From the human T2T-CHM13v2.0 reference genome, Homo sapiens, in assembly GCF_009914755.1 (NCBI RefSeq), contig NC_060927.1: a stretch of 64,000 bases of DNA; one strand, given 5' to 3'. Shown piece after piece: positions 43,822 through 59,700 of the stretch. The translations under genes and the position numbers were made by a program. The notes under the pieces were generated by a model. That model saw only the letters and a list, made by a program, of their open reading frames with translations. It ran no database searches and was not told the DNA's origin. The stretch's first letter is position 1, and each line of letters starts with the position of its first letter.

Positions 43822-44750
43822 GAGACTGATGTATTGGATGAAATATTCAGGTTCTGACTTGCATATTTACTGCAAGTTTGTAGAACAAATTTTGGATACT
43901 ACCTCAGAAGTCTCAGGTACCCTAAAAGCAAAAGAAAATCCATTCTTCAAATCACCCTTTGTTTGTGTAGCTGTGGATGACTTTGCAATCAGGGAATAAA
44001 TTCTGTTTCATCATGAGCAGAGAGGTCATCAACATTCATGAGTTAAAGTCAACAGATGCATGGGGTTCTTTTCCATTTGGCAATAGGCATCTTATCTCCA
44101 TTTATAAATAAATATATATATGTGTGTATTGCATTAATATACATAAATATGTATATATATACATATTTTTCTTTCAAAAACTTCTTTATGCAGCCCTTTC
44201 AGGTAGTTCTCACAAGTAAAATTAGGTTGCTTAGATGTGGCCATTTAAAGCATATTGGAACTGCCAGCAATATAGGAATTAGTTGTATAATTTATGTCAT
44301 ATTAAATTGTTACACAACTTCATGTACTTTCTTCTTTTGTCTGAATTTATTGCCTCACTCATCTGGGAGAATAAAATGCATACAGAGTCGCACAGTGACA
44401 AAGGCAAACTGCTTTTTGTAAAGAATTTTAAGATTCTTCATTGTGGATTTAATTATAAGAGTGCCTTTTTGTCTTGACATCTCTAAAATCTGATGGAAGT
44501 GAGTGGGAAAAGCTGATGCTATATGGTTTTTCTTACCCAACTTGGATGTCATGTTTACTGATATCTGATTTTAAATACTCAGAGGAATTTTCAGACAAAA
44601 AAAGTCTTTTTGAAAAACATATTATGGACTTTAGGTTAGGACAAGATGATATAGAGCCATTTTTTTGTTCCTCCCATAAATTAAAATTTCTAAATTTCAT
44701 AAATTAAATTCTAAATACAACTATAAGCCCAGGAAATAGCACAAGAGGTA

Positions 44751-45102
44751 TATTTCAGTCCATTCAGGCTCTTATATCAAAAAATATCACAGACAAGATA
44801 GCTTATAAACAAGAAACCTTTCTTTTATCACAGTTCTGGAGGCTAGGAAGTCCAAGATCAATCTACTGGCAGATTTTGTGCAGGGTGAGTCCCACATCTA
44901 TGTGCATAGACAGCTGTCTTCTCCCCGTGAACTTACATGGGAGAAGGGGTGCGAAAACTCTCTGGAGCCTCTTCTATAAAAGTACTAATTCCATTTGTGA
45001 GAGCTCTGCCACCTAAAAAGCCCTACCTCCTAATATCATCACCTTGGGAATTAGGTTTCAGCATATGAATTTTTGGGCTACACAAACATTCAGACCATAG
45101 CA
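44751..45102 (-). mobile_element. MLT1A/A0 solo LTR nested in the L1 5' UTR
   Basis: CAGTCCATTCAGGCT...CACAGTTCTGGAGGCTAGGAAGTCCAAGATCAA...AACATTCAGACCATAGCA. Near-TSD AGGTA (44746-44750) and AGGCA (45103-45107). Confidence 0.87.
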
Positions 45103-48100
45103 AGGCAACCAGGGAAATCTCTGAAAGGTGATAAGACAGTGTACTGGTCAGGGACCCAGGACTGGAGGAACAGCACAGCCAAAGGGTGTCTTATGGTCCC
45201 CAACCCACAGAGAAAGGAGACTCAGAGCCAGCATTTCCTGACCACCGACCTAACAATAAAAAGTAGCAGAATTAGGCCCATTCCTTCCGCACATAGAACC
45301 AGAACCCCACAGGAAACACAAAACTGGCAGAGCTGGTAAGGAACTCAGCCTGGAGGCCCACAAACAATGGACAACCAAGGAAACATGCTTCTACCCACTG
45401 GGGCAGAGACAACTCCTCCACAGAGAGATAGTGAAGCTGCCAATGGCACTTACTTGCAAGAGAGACCACAGCAAGCAGATGGGTTTGAGAAGCCTGCTTG
45501 TCACCATGGTCTTGAGACTTCCCTTCCCAGAGACACCAAAAGGGGAAGGGGCACAGGTATAGGGATCCCACCACATAGTGACGGTTCCCAGGATAGCTCT
45601 CCAGGTCCCCGTAGGCAGGGGAATCCTGCCATAGCGAGCTCCTGACAGTGATGCCCCTTACAGACTTAAGAGTTTCTACCCACACTAGGAGACCCCCATG
45701 TGGCAGACAGAACTGAAAGGAGGAACTCACACATGGAAGGCATCCTGTTCCAGAAGGTCTTTTTGTGTACATATGGGCCTGATACTCCCTTCCTCTATGC
45801 AGAGCAGAGACACTAGGGCAGCCAGGTTTAGGGGCCAGCAATAAATGAGCATCCAGAGAGGGAACCTGGGTGTCCTTTCCTCTACCCGGAGACACCCAGT
45901 AGCCCCACCTGAGTAATCTTTTAGTTTCCTATTGAGGCAGCATCAACAAGAACCAGTGAGAGCTCAACAAGCATCAGACCAAACTAACAAACAAGCCAAA
46001 ATAATAGCACAAAGGATGTAAAAATTAAACCATCAAGGAACTGCAGATCACAGAGTAGACTAAACCATGTCTAAGATACAACTGAAAAATCACCCATCAT
46101 ACCAGGAACCAAGAAAATTACAATTTGAATGAGAAAGGACAATCAACTGACAGCCATCGGCAGTTAAATGAATCAGATGTTGAAATTATAGTTGAATAGA
46201 TGAGGATTTTGAAACAGCTATCTCGGAACAATCAATTACAAATTCTTTTGAAACAAATTTAAAAAGTAGAAAATCTCACCAAAAACACAGAAGTTATATA
46301 AAAAAGGAACCAAATAAATATATAAAAGGGAAAAATACAATATTTGAAATAAAAAAAAAACTCTGTGTAGGCTTAATAGTGTTGTTGAGATGACGGAGGA
46401 TAGAATAAAAGAACACAGGACAAATCAATGTAATTCACCCAATTTGAAAAGTGGAGAGAAAATAGGCAAAAAGAGCAGCTGAAATGTAAGAGGAAGAAGA
46501 GAAGGAGGAAAAAGAAGAGGAAGAGAACAGATCCTCAAGGACTTGAGGGAACATAACTAAAGGTTCAGCATTCATATTACCACAGCCCCCCAAAAAGAGA
46601 AAAATGACAATGGGTCTGAAAGAGCATTCAAAGCAATAATAGCTGAAAACTTCTCGACTTTGGCAAAAAAACACAAACCTTCATGAAAGAAATAACACAA
46701 AGTGGTTAAATGCAGAGAAATTAATGCCAAACACATCATAAATAAATTTCTAAAAATCACACACAAGGAAAACATTTTGAAAGCAGCAAAAGAGAAATGA
46801 AATATTATCTACAGGACAATACCAATTCTAATGTCAAAGGGTTTTTCATCTGAAATCATGGAGAGAAGAAGGAAGTGGTACATTTTTCAAATATAAAATG
46901 AAAAGAACTCTCAACCATGAATTAGGTCCCTTTACCCTCCCTACTTTTAAATAAAATGATCTAGTGTAAGATGGTATTATAATTTTGGCTTTAATTATCC
47001 AATATAATTACTAAAACTCATAAGTAAGATATAGTCTATTGTATCTACCTACATTTATGCTCTTTCCATTTTTCCTTTTTCCTCCTTGAAGCTTCAAAAT
47101 TCTTTGTTTTATCATTTATTTTTAAATAATTATTATTTTTATTTATTTATTTTTTATCTAACCTTTAAATCAAGTCTACTGGCAATACTTTCTTTTGTTT
47201 TCTTTTGTCTGAGAATGCCTTTGTTTCTCATTTTTTTCCCAAAAAAGAGTTTCACCACATGTTGATGCAAACATTAATAAGAAAGTCAGGAGTAGCTATA
47301 TTAATATCTGGTTAAGCATACTTCAGAGCAAAAAAAATTACAGACAAAGAGGAACATTACATTACATAATAATGAAAGGTTCAATTTGGCAGGAAGATAT
47401 AACAATTATAAATGTGTATATACCAAACAACAGAGCCTCAAAATACATAAATAAATCAGACAGAGCTGAAAGGAACAATGGAGAAATCCATAATTATACA
47501 TGTGGACTTTGTCATCTCCTTCCCAGAACTAAAAAACAGATAGAATCACTAGACATAAAACTGAACAAGGATACAATCTCAACAACATACTCAATCAACA
47601 GCAATTACTATATATGCACACATATATATGAATAAATATACATATATGAACACACATGCACAAATATGCATATTCCTTCTTCCTCTCTCTCTATATAAAG
47701 TCAGTCCATTTCAAACAACAGTAAAATGCTTATTTTATTATTCCAAATGGCTATGAAACTTTCACCAAGGTAGACTGTATTTGGAGCCATAAAACAAACC
47801 TCAACAACTTTTTAAAAAATAAAATCATACAGAATGTCTTTTCTGATCATAATGAAATCTAACCAGAAATCAATAACAAAAAAGAGAACAGAAAAATCTC
47901 TAATCTAATCAAATAGAAATTTTAAAACATACTTTTAAGTAATTTATAGTCAAAGAGGAAGTTTAAATAAAAATTTAAAAAGATAGATGGAGTTAAATGA
48001 AAATGAAAATACAGCATTTCAAAATATGTGGGATGCAAGTAAAGCTGTTGAGAGAAAAATCTGAGAACTGAATGCTATGTTAGAAATTAGGAAAGATCTC

Positions 48101-48891
48101 AAATCAATAATCTAAACTGCTACTTCAAGAAAATTGTAAATGAAAAGCAAAATAAGTCCCATGTAAGAAGTTAGAAAATAAATATAGGAACAGGTTGCTT
48201 AGAAACTTAAAGTAAGAAAAAAATAGAAAAAAAATCAATGAAACAAAAAACTAGTTCCAGAAAAATTAATAGAATTGATAAACCTATAGCAAGACTGACA
48301 AAAATAAAGAGAAAAATTGAATTGCCAATATCAGGAACGAAAAAGAGGATATTACTACAGATCCTACAGCAATTAAAATGATAAAGGAATAATACCAACA
48401 ACTTTATGCCCCAACATTTAATAACTTAGAAGAAATGGACCAATTGCTGAAAAATCACAAACTGCCCAAACTCAACCAAGATAAAATAGATAATTTAAAT
48501 AGTCATATGACAATTAAAGAAATTTAAGTGCAACCAGAATACTACTGAAAAAGTAATCTCTGGGTCTAGATGCTTAGACTAGAGAATTCTGCCAAGGGTT
48601 TAAAGGATAAATAATCAGTCTACATAATACTCCAGAAAATAGAAGAGGAGGGCACACGCTCAGCTTATTTTATGAGGCCAGTTTTTCCGGATAGCAATAC
48701 CAAAGATAGCACAATCAAAATAGAACAAAAAACTACAGACCAATACCTCTTATAAATTTATATGTGAACATCCACACCAAAATATTAGCAACCTGAATCT
48801 GATGATGTATAAAAGGAATTCTATGCCATGATCAAATGAGATCTGCTTCAGGTATGGAATACTGGCTCACCATTCAAAAATCAATCAATAT

Positions 48892-50513
<1,622 letters not shown>

Positions 50514-51019
50514 AAGATCAGTCAATATAAGTACACCATATAACAAATTAAGATTAAAAACCATGTAATTCTATTAGTTGGTGCAGAAAAAGCATTTAAC
50601 CAAATTCAACACTCATTTATATTAAAGACACTCAACCTATTAGGAATAGAGGGGAACTACTTCAATTTAATAATGAACAACAATAAAACATCTATAGCTA
50701 AAATTGTACTTAATGGTAAATGACTTAATGCTTTCCCCTAAGATTGGGAGCAAGGCAATGATGTTCACTTTCTCTGCTCTTATTCCACATAGTACTGGAG
50801 GTTTTAGCTATTGCAGTTGAGGCATACAGATTAGAAAGGGAGAAATAAAAATGTCTCTGTTTGTAGATATCATGATTATCTACATAGAAAATATATTCCC
50901 CCTTAAATGTATACAAAGAAAAAAAGCACTGTAAAATACTATAAAATGTTATCGTGACACATAAACTTTCAGAATCATTCAATAATAAGCAACAATAAAA
51001 TAAAATAAACCTTTAAAAC

Positions 51020-51376
51020 TTAATCAGCCAATCTTGAGGGTCCTCTCTTTGGCTCTTCTCATTTGCTTGCTCTGATAAATCAAGTTGATATGGTATGAGT
51101 TGCTTCATGGAGAGGGCAGAAGGTATAGGACTGAATCCTGCCATAAAATTATGTAAAGGAGCTTGGATACAGACCCTTCCCTACTGGAGCCTTGAGATGA
51201 GACCATACCTCCAGCCAACTCCATGACTGCAGCCCTCTGACAGATCCTAAGTCAAAAGATCCTGCTGAACCACATCCATACACTTGACCTACACAAGCCA
51301 TGAGATAATAAATGTTGTGGGTTCAAGTCACCACATTTTGGGATGATTTGTTATGCAGCGATAGATATCTAATACA
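51020..51376 (+). mobile_element. MLT1E/F-type LTR (3' part)
   Basis: GAGCCTTGAGATGAGAC...TGAGATAATAAATGTTGT...TTTGTTATGCAGCGATAGATATCTAATACA. Confidence 0.8.
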
Positions 51377-51873
51377 ATCTCTATCTTTATATTATTCAGG
51401 AAGTCATTAAAGAAGCAACTCATGGCAAAACTAGTTATTTTCTTAAAACAGTAGGAAGAAGAAAAGCTTTTTGAATGAATCACTTCTCATCTTCTCCGAA
51501 GTTGGAAGCATCAAGAATCTAAATAAGCATTTATGATGGCTGGCATGAATATGTGAGTAAATACCTGAAAAACTGGCCAGAAGTGTTTTTTTTTTAATGA
51601 AATTAATCTCGCTTTGATGGAATTTCATTCAGATTATCAAAAGAAAATGAAATATTTTTAGCAAAGTAGATGACTGGGAAGAATTAGGAGAGTAAATGGG
51701 GAAAGTGCTCTGTATTAGCAGATCTGCCTGGGACAGGCCTCCTAAGCAGGGTTTCCTCTTCAGCTTCCATCCTTTTTTTTGGTTTGGTTTGGTTTGATTT
51801 AGTTTTTATTTTGCTTTTTGCTCTTTACTTCTGAAAACACATTATTTTTCAAGAGGATATATTAGATTTCTTT

Positions 51874-52068
51874 CTTTCTTTCTTTCTTTTTTTTGAGACG
51901 GGACTGTAGGCACATGCCACCACGCATGTCCGGCTAATTTTTTGTATTTTTAGTAGAGACGGGTTTCGCCGTGTTAGCCAGGATGGTCTCGGTCTCCTGA
52001 CCTCGTGATCTAACTGCTCCGGCCTCCCAAAGTCCTGGGATTACAGGCATGAGCTGCCGCGCCCGGCC
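51874..52068 (-). mobile_element. AluY-like element with about 100 bp deleted from the right arm
   Basis: The tail and GAGACGG join directly to GACTGTAGG. Left arm has GTGTTAGCCAGGATGG. Near-TSD ATTAGATTTCTTT and ATCAGTTTTCTTT. Confidence 0.9.
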
Positions 52069-54362
52069 CATCAGTTTTCTTTGTATAGCTCTGAACACTA
52101 TAACAACCAGGAGTCCCTCTGATTGAAGATGTGAGTGTGCTTGCGTGTTAGCTTAGTGGTGTCTGTATTGGGGTGTTGGTATGGGAAGTTCCTAAAGCAA
52201 GCATGATAGCTACAATGTAAAAGGCACACTGTTGTTATATATTTTCTCAGTGAGGTAAAAATGTGCATTCTTCTATTTCCTTTCCCATGTAACATTATGT
52301 GCCACTGAAATACCCATTAACAGTTGCTATAGGTTTAATACCCTTTACCATCTTGAGGTACAAAATAAAGTATTGTTTTTAAATGTCTAAATTACTGTGA
52401 TTCTGAATGCTCACAGATCACTCTTTCTTTCCCAGAAACCTCAAAGAAATCAGTCTGAGAGCTGCAAGCGTTCACTCTATTCAGTAGCGTCCACATTGGT
52501 ATCTACTTTCTTCCTGAATTTTTTAAAAGTAATAATAATCTTAAAAGAATCCCTGTTCTCTGTTGTTTCTGTAGCAGTGTTACCACTCCATCTGGTCTCC
52601 TTTGAAAATAATAATGTCTACTACTTCAGCAAAAAACCCAGATTGCAAATACAGAGATGGAGATTTTGAATCAGGCTTAAATGCTAATCATAATTTGAAT
52701 TGTCATCTAAATGTTTCTCTATGTCAATGACAAGAAATATGCAAGAAATCCAAGAGGGCCATTGGTTAGTCTTCTTCCCTCATCTATTCTCTGAGTTTCT
52801 CTAAAACCCAAGCAAGTCCCCAGCCTCTCACATCTCCCATGTTTGGTGTAATACTTATGGGCTTGTGTCACTAGATGCCATAATTAAAATTTGAGGCTGA
52901 AAGAAGAGTGCCTAAGGGGAGACAACTTGTTTCTTAGCAATTATAAGACCATCTAAAGGCTATGCGCACAAACAGTATGAAACAATTGCTAACTGGGTTT
53001 AGTAATATGGAGGACCTCCTATAGCAGAAGCTTAAACTTTGCCCACTAGACAGTTTCTACCCACGTGCCATTGGCCAAGTGGATCAAGGTTGAGAGCAAT
53101 TTGAAGAGTGACTCTGGAGAACATAAGTTAAAACAAATTTTTTTCCAGGCTTGATGTCTGGGTTCACAAGAGTCTGAAATATTCACACAGTTGTATCAAC
53201 TATTCACTGCCTATTTACAGTAAGCATAGAAAAATGAATAGAAAATCGACAAAACTGGCCAAAATGACATTGAAATTATCTACCAATTCTATTTATACCT
53301 TGTCACAAATAAATAAGACTGTTCTCTCACAACTCTGTTAGCAACCTAAAAGTTTAGAGAACATTTTCTAAGTTTACTAATTTACTTTCAGTGCATTGTC
53401 TCTACGTAGTAGGGCCCAAGGCCTTGTCTGAAGAAGCATTCCCATAAAAGGTGTTATGTCACACAAATAAAAATGGCGTATTAATGATATGAGATTCCCT
53501 GCAACTTAAAGCCAGTTAAATTTGTGTAGGCATTTTGTCAATGAAATTGGACTAATGAAAATGAAACCAGGTACAATGTAATTTAATTGAAAATTATTTT
53601 TAAAAACAGTTTGTGTTAGTTTTCCCTAATGTAGTGTTACCATTTTCATCATATTTACCTTAATGGCATAATTATACATAAATTGTTTGGAGAATCCTGT
53701 GAGCTCTTAAAAATGTGTATTATGAGGCAGTAAAAGATATTTATCTTCAAACCAATTGATTGATGAATCATACTCAACTTCCTGGTCTATACACTATTTT
53801 ATAAATAGACTTTTGTCACTATCTTAGCACCAAATTACCATATTAATAGTATATAATTACCATTAATACTGTAACATAGTATTAAGATATAATTTATGAG
53901 AAACTTTCTCTCACTATTACAAATCTACAATTTAATCTTAGAACCATCCATTTCAGAGAGCCAGGATAAAATACAGATACCTTTGAAATGATACTGAATG
54001 GTAATATCACCATCCTAGTCATTATGGAGGGAGAAAGGAGAGAGAAAAGTTACCTAATTTCCCTTTCAGTTCTCTCCTTCATCGTGCCTATTTTATGAAC
54101 TTGAACAAGGAAGTTGCCACAACATCTGTGGGCCAGAGAACTATGCCAGAATGTTATTTCCAGATTGCTTCCTGTATTTACAAAGGTATAAATCTTTGAT
54201 TTCTATATATTCTTCTCACACCCTTCTCTGCGAACACACCTATCTTCCCCATTTTTTAACTGGCTAAGTTCTATCTGCCTATCATGAAAAGCAAAGCCAC
54301 CTATAACAAATTCCTTAGATTTAAGTAACTCTTTTTTAAATTCCGGTGTATTTTTTGTGCCT

Positions 54363-54797
54363 TCTATTGGTTAGATTTTGTTAAAATAATGCTGCATAAC
54401 AAACCTTTCCAATAATAATTTGATACAATAATTTATTACTGTTTATGTACCTCCAGGTTGCCAGGGCGTCCACTGGTCTAAATAGCACTCATCTTCCTAC
54501 TGCAGGTCTATAGGTCCGCTGATACGGCTTTGCTACTCTACCCCGACACCCTGAGAACTAATCTATTAATAGTATGTACTTCTTATAATGATGAGTGAGG
54601 CACAAAAGAGGAAGCAGAAACGTAAGAGACCTTCTAAAGCCTATTCTCAGAACTGCCATACTGTCGTTTCTGCCTCTGGCCAAAACAGGTCATCAGGTAC
54701 AAAGTCAAGAGCCCAAAGCCACAAGGTCCTAAGATGAAGAAAGCCTGTGGATTCAGGAACAGATGAATTTTAGGAGCCAACAACGCAATCTACCACT
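54363..54797 (-). mobile_element. MLT1H-like solo LTR
   Basis: AATAATGCTGCATAACAAAC, CTCAGAACTGCCATACTGTC..TTCTGCC..TGGCCAAAACAGGTCA, ending GCAATCTACCAC. Confidence 0.7.
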
Positions 54798-56309
54798 TGC
54801 CTCTCTTAAGAAATATCATTGTTTACCTATGTGGTAATTACCTGTATACCTGTTTTTCTCTGCTATGTTAGTACCCATCTGCATTGACTATTTTATTTGT
54901 ATGGTGCCTTTCACTTGGTAAGTTCTCAACACTGGAAAAATATGCAAGCCAACTAACTTTATTCCCCCTGCACATTGCCAATTACATGTAAGCTTATATG
55001 ACATGGTCTTTCTATAAAGGCAATTATACAGAAGCCTGAATTCTATGCAGAGTATTGTTCTTCTACCTTACTTTACAACAAGTAATCATTGTATAGGTTT
55101 CAGCACAATTAAAATGTAGCAAGTCCTGTGAAGATATTTAGTCTGAATTAATAGGTTCTCGGCACTGGGCTTCTGGATTTCTTTTTTAAAACTTTTTTAT
55201 TTAATTATGACTAATGTTCATCTATTATATACACTTTAATCCAGTTACTGTATATCCATGAATTTTGGTAATGGGAGAATAACAAGACAGCTGCCATTCT
55301 AGAACCTACTCAAAGGAACTGGTATATAACAATACTCAAACTTTCTTCTCATCAACACTATCCAGTCTCACAAACCAAGATCAAAATGACTTTTCAATTT
55401 GCATATACCTTACCTTTAGCTCCCTTATGCCTTGATAAGTTGGTTATGATTCTAAGTACACAGTAATTTATAATTACTTAAATGGACCATTAAAGAAGTA
55501 TCTTGGTAAAATCTCCACTCATGAGATTTTCACTGGCCTTTTATATACTCATCAAGCAAAAGAGGAAAAAAATATTTACGGATGTTCAGGTCAGGATCTT
55601 TCCTATTATATTTTTTAGTAGAACATCATATTATCTTTCACTTGCCTAATATTTTATCTTTGGCACACTTATAAATGTTGTCAAATTTGGATGACAATGC
55701 TAATATGTTGGAAAACTTAAAATTAACAGGGAAGTAGATAGAGCACTAAGTTTTAAGGAAAAAATAGACCATTCTCTGTACCGAATGATTTGATGTAACT
55801 GGGATAATTTTTAAAATTAAGCCTTTTTCTCAATCCACCAAAATCAGGGTCCCGTCTCTACTGCTCTGTCTCTTTAGCTCCAGAAGTCCCAATGTGGCTC
55901 CATCACCACCTCTGTCACCCTGTAACCTGCAAGTACTGGGAGATCTGTAGAAAGGATGCTGGCATGACCTAGAAGCCAGGAAATGGTATTACATTAAAAC
56001 TTCTGCAGTTTCCTTGAAATTCTACTCTCATCAGGACACACACTCCCATAGCCATTCCACCACCATGCACTTGCCCATGACTGCCCACTGCCCTGCCAGT
56101 GCATGCTCACCCATGGCCTCCACACTACAGCGCACTCTCCTGCGGCTCCCCATCACCACACTGGAGCGCTTTGACTGGCAGCCCCCACCAAAATGTTGTT
56201 AGTAGTGGACTGAGGACACCTCAGTCACCCCAGCATAGCAGGAACTTGACCTAAAGGGGCAGAGAACAAACCTGTGAACCTGGTCCCAACCCTCCAAGTT
56301 TAGACTATG

Positions 56310-56785
56310 CAGTCCAGGGATGCTGAGCTGAGCCCTGGTCCATGAAAGCACCCAGAAATGAGCTCCATCAACCAAACACAACTTTTACCAGTCCAGGGAT
56401 GCCGAGCTGAGCCCTGGTCCATGAAAGCACCCAGAAATGAGCTCCATCAACCAAACACAACTTTTACCAGTCCAGGGATGCCGAGCTGAGCCCTGGTCCA
56501 TGAAAGCACCCAGAAATGAGCTCCATCAACCAAACACAACTTTTACCAGTCCAGGGATGCCGAGCTGAGCCCTGGTCCATGAAAGCACCCAGAAATGAGC
56601 TCCATCAACCAAACACAACTTTTACCAGTCCAGGGATGCCGAGCTGAGCCCTGGTCCATGAAAGCACCCAGAAATGAGCTCCATCAACCAAACACAACTT
56701 TTACCAGTCCAGGGATGCCGAGCTGAGCCCTGGTCCATGAAAGCACCCAGAAATGAGCTCCATCAACCAAACACAACTTTTACCA
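56310..56785 (+). repeat. Minisatellite of 6 x 79 bp inside the L1 5' UTR
   Basis: Units start at 56311, 56390, 56469, 56548, 56627 and 56706. Copies 2-6 read identical, and copy 1 differs at one base (TGCTGAG vs TGCCGAG). Confidence 0.97.
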
Positions 56786-59700
56786 CAGTCAGACCCTCAA
56801 AGGTTTCAAAAAGCGTAAAGGCAAAAAGCACCATCCAACGGACAACAACTTCAGAATTTAAAGAAACATCAGCTAACACAGATGAGAAAAAACCCAGCAA
56901 AAGAATTCTGACAACTGTAAAAGTAAAAGTGTCTTCTTACCTCCAAATGATCACACTAGCTCCCCAGCAATGATTCTTAACCAGACTGAAATGGCTGAAA
57001 TGACAGACAAAGAATTCAGAATCGGGATAGCAAGGAAACTCAATGAGATGCAGAAGAAGGTTAAAACCTAATTCTAGGAAAGCAGTAAAATGATCCATGA
57101 GTTGAAAGATAACATAACAATTTTAAGAAAGAACCAAATTGAAATTCTGTAAATGAAAAATTTACTACATGAATTTTATAACACAATTGGAAGCATTAAT
57201 AAGAAAATAGACCAAGCTGAGGAAAGACTTTCAGAGCTCAAAGACCACTCCTTTGAATCAATACAGGCAAACAAATCCAAAAAAAAGAATTAAAATATGA
57301 ACAAAACCTCCAAGAAATGTGGGATTATATGAAGAGAACAAGCCTATGATTCATTAGCATTCTTGAAAAAGACAGATAGAAAGAAACTTGGAAAATATAT
57401 TTGAGTATATTGTCCATGAAAATTTCCTCAACCTTACTAGAGAGGCTGACAATAAATCCAGAAAATTCAGAGAACCCCTGTGAGCTATTATACAACGTGA
57501 CCATTACTAAGACACATAGTCATCAGATTATCCAAGGTCAATGCAAAAGAAAAACTCTTAAAGGCAGCTAGAGCAAAGGGACAGGTCACTTATAAAGGGA
57601 AACCCATCAGGCTAAGAGCAGATCTTTTAGCAGAAACCTTATAAGACAGAAGAGATTGGGGCCCTATAGTAAGCATCCTTAAAGAACAGAAATTCTAACC
57701 AAGAATTTCATATCTGGCCAAACTAAGCTTCATAAATTAAGGAGAAATAAAATCCTTTTCAGACAAGCAAGTGCTAAAGGAATTTGTGATGACCAGACCT
57801 GCCTTACAAGAGGTACTTAATGGAGTACTAAATGTGAAAATGAAAGATTGATACCTGCCACCACAAAACCACATGTAAGTACATAGCCCACTGACACTAT
57901 AAAGCAACTATACAATCAAGTCTACATAATAACCTGCTAACAACACAATGGCAATCAAATCCTCACATATCAATATTGATCTTAAATGTAAATGAGCTAA
58001 ATGCCCCTCAAAAAGCAAAGAGCAACAGGTTGGATAAAGAAGCAAGACACAACTGTATGCTGTCTTCAAGAGATCCATCTCACATGCAGCCACACCCATA
58101 GGCTCAAAGTAAAGGGATGGAGAAAGATCTATCAAGCAAACAGAAAACAAAAAAGAGCAGGGGTTGATGTTCTTACTTTAGATTAAAAAAAAATGCTTTA
58201 AACCAATAGTGATCAAAAAGAACAAAGAAGGGCATAACATAATGATAAAGCGTTCAATTATACAAAAAGAGTGAACTATCATAAATATATATGCACCTAA
58301 CATTGGAGCAAACAAATTCACAAAACAAGTTCTTAGAGACCTATGAAGAAACACACATAACCATACAATAATAGTGGGAGACATCAACACCCCACTGACA
58401 GTGCTAGAGAGATAATCAAGGCAGAAAACTAACAAAGATATTTGGGACAAAAACTCAATACTTGGCCAAAGGGATCTAACAGACATCTGCAGGATATTCC
58501 ACCCAAGAACAACAAAATATACATTATTTTCATCCACACACAGAACATACTCTAAGATTGAGCACATGCTCAACTGTAAAGCAATTCTCAACAAATTCAA
58601 AACAATTGAAATCATAAATCACACTGTCAGACCACAGTGCAATAAACATTGAAATCAGTATGAAGAAGACCTCTCAAAACCATACAATTACAAGAAAATT
58701 AAACAATTTTCTTGCTTCTGCTCCTGAATGACTTTTGGGTAAAAAATAAGGCAAAATTCAAATTCTTTGAAACTAATGAAAACAAAGATACAACATACCA
58801 GAATCTCTGGGACACAGCTAAAGCAGTGTTAAGAGGAAAGTTTATTGCACTAAACATCTATATCAAGAAGAAAGATCTCAAATTAAGAACCTAACATCAC
58901 ACCTAGAGGAACTAGAAAGATAAGAGCAAACCAACCCCAAAGGTAGCAGAAGAAAAGAAATAACAAAAATCTGAGCTGAACTGAATTAAATTGAGATGCA
59001 ATATCCATAAAAAGAATGAATAAAAACAAAAAGTTTGTTCTTTGAAACAATAAAGAAGATTGATAGACCAGTAGCTAGGTTAATTAAAAAAAAGAGAGAG
59101 AGAAGATCCAAATAGATGCAATCAGAAATGACAAAGATGACATTACCATCAACCCGACAGAAATACCAAAAAAAAAAAAAAAAAAACCTCGACACTGTTA
59201 GAAATACCTCCATGTACACACACTAGAAAAGCTAGAAGAACTGGATAAATTCTTAGAAAAATACAATCTCCCAAGATTAAATAAGGAAGAAATTGAAATC
59301 TTGAACTGACTAATAACAAGTTTCCAAATTGAATCCGTAGTAAAGAAAAAACCTGCCAACCAGAAAAAGCCCTGTACCAGATGGATACACAACAAAATTC
59401 TACCAGACATACAAAAAAGAGCTGGTACCAATCCTACTTATATTGTTTCAAAAAATCAAGAAGAGACTTCTCCCTAACTCACTCTATGAAGCCAGCATCA
59501 TCCTGATACCAAAACCAGGCAGATACATAACAATAAAGAAAACTTCAGGCCAATATCCTTGATGAACATAGATGCAAAAATTCTCAACAAAATAATCGCA
59601 AACCGAATCCAGCAACACATCAAAAAGCTAATCCACCACAATCAAGTAGGCTTTATTCCTGGGATCCAAGGTTGGTTCAACATATGCAAATCAATAAATG

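Noticed and set aside
45272-45895. 207 aa minus-strand ORF as an ORF0-like antisense product
   Set aside because: It lies in the GC-richer 5' UTR of an ancient L1M, where stops are scarce by composition. It has no recognisable homology, and ORF0 is described for young primate L1PA elements.
55600-55810. Possible L3/CR1 fragment
   Set aside because: Only a short resemblance (AAATTTGGATGACA...GCTAATATGTTGGAA), too weak to call by eye.
56310-56785. CRISPR array
   Set aside because: The units are head-to-tail with no unique spacers, there are no cas genes, and the context is a eukaryotic L1.
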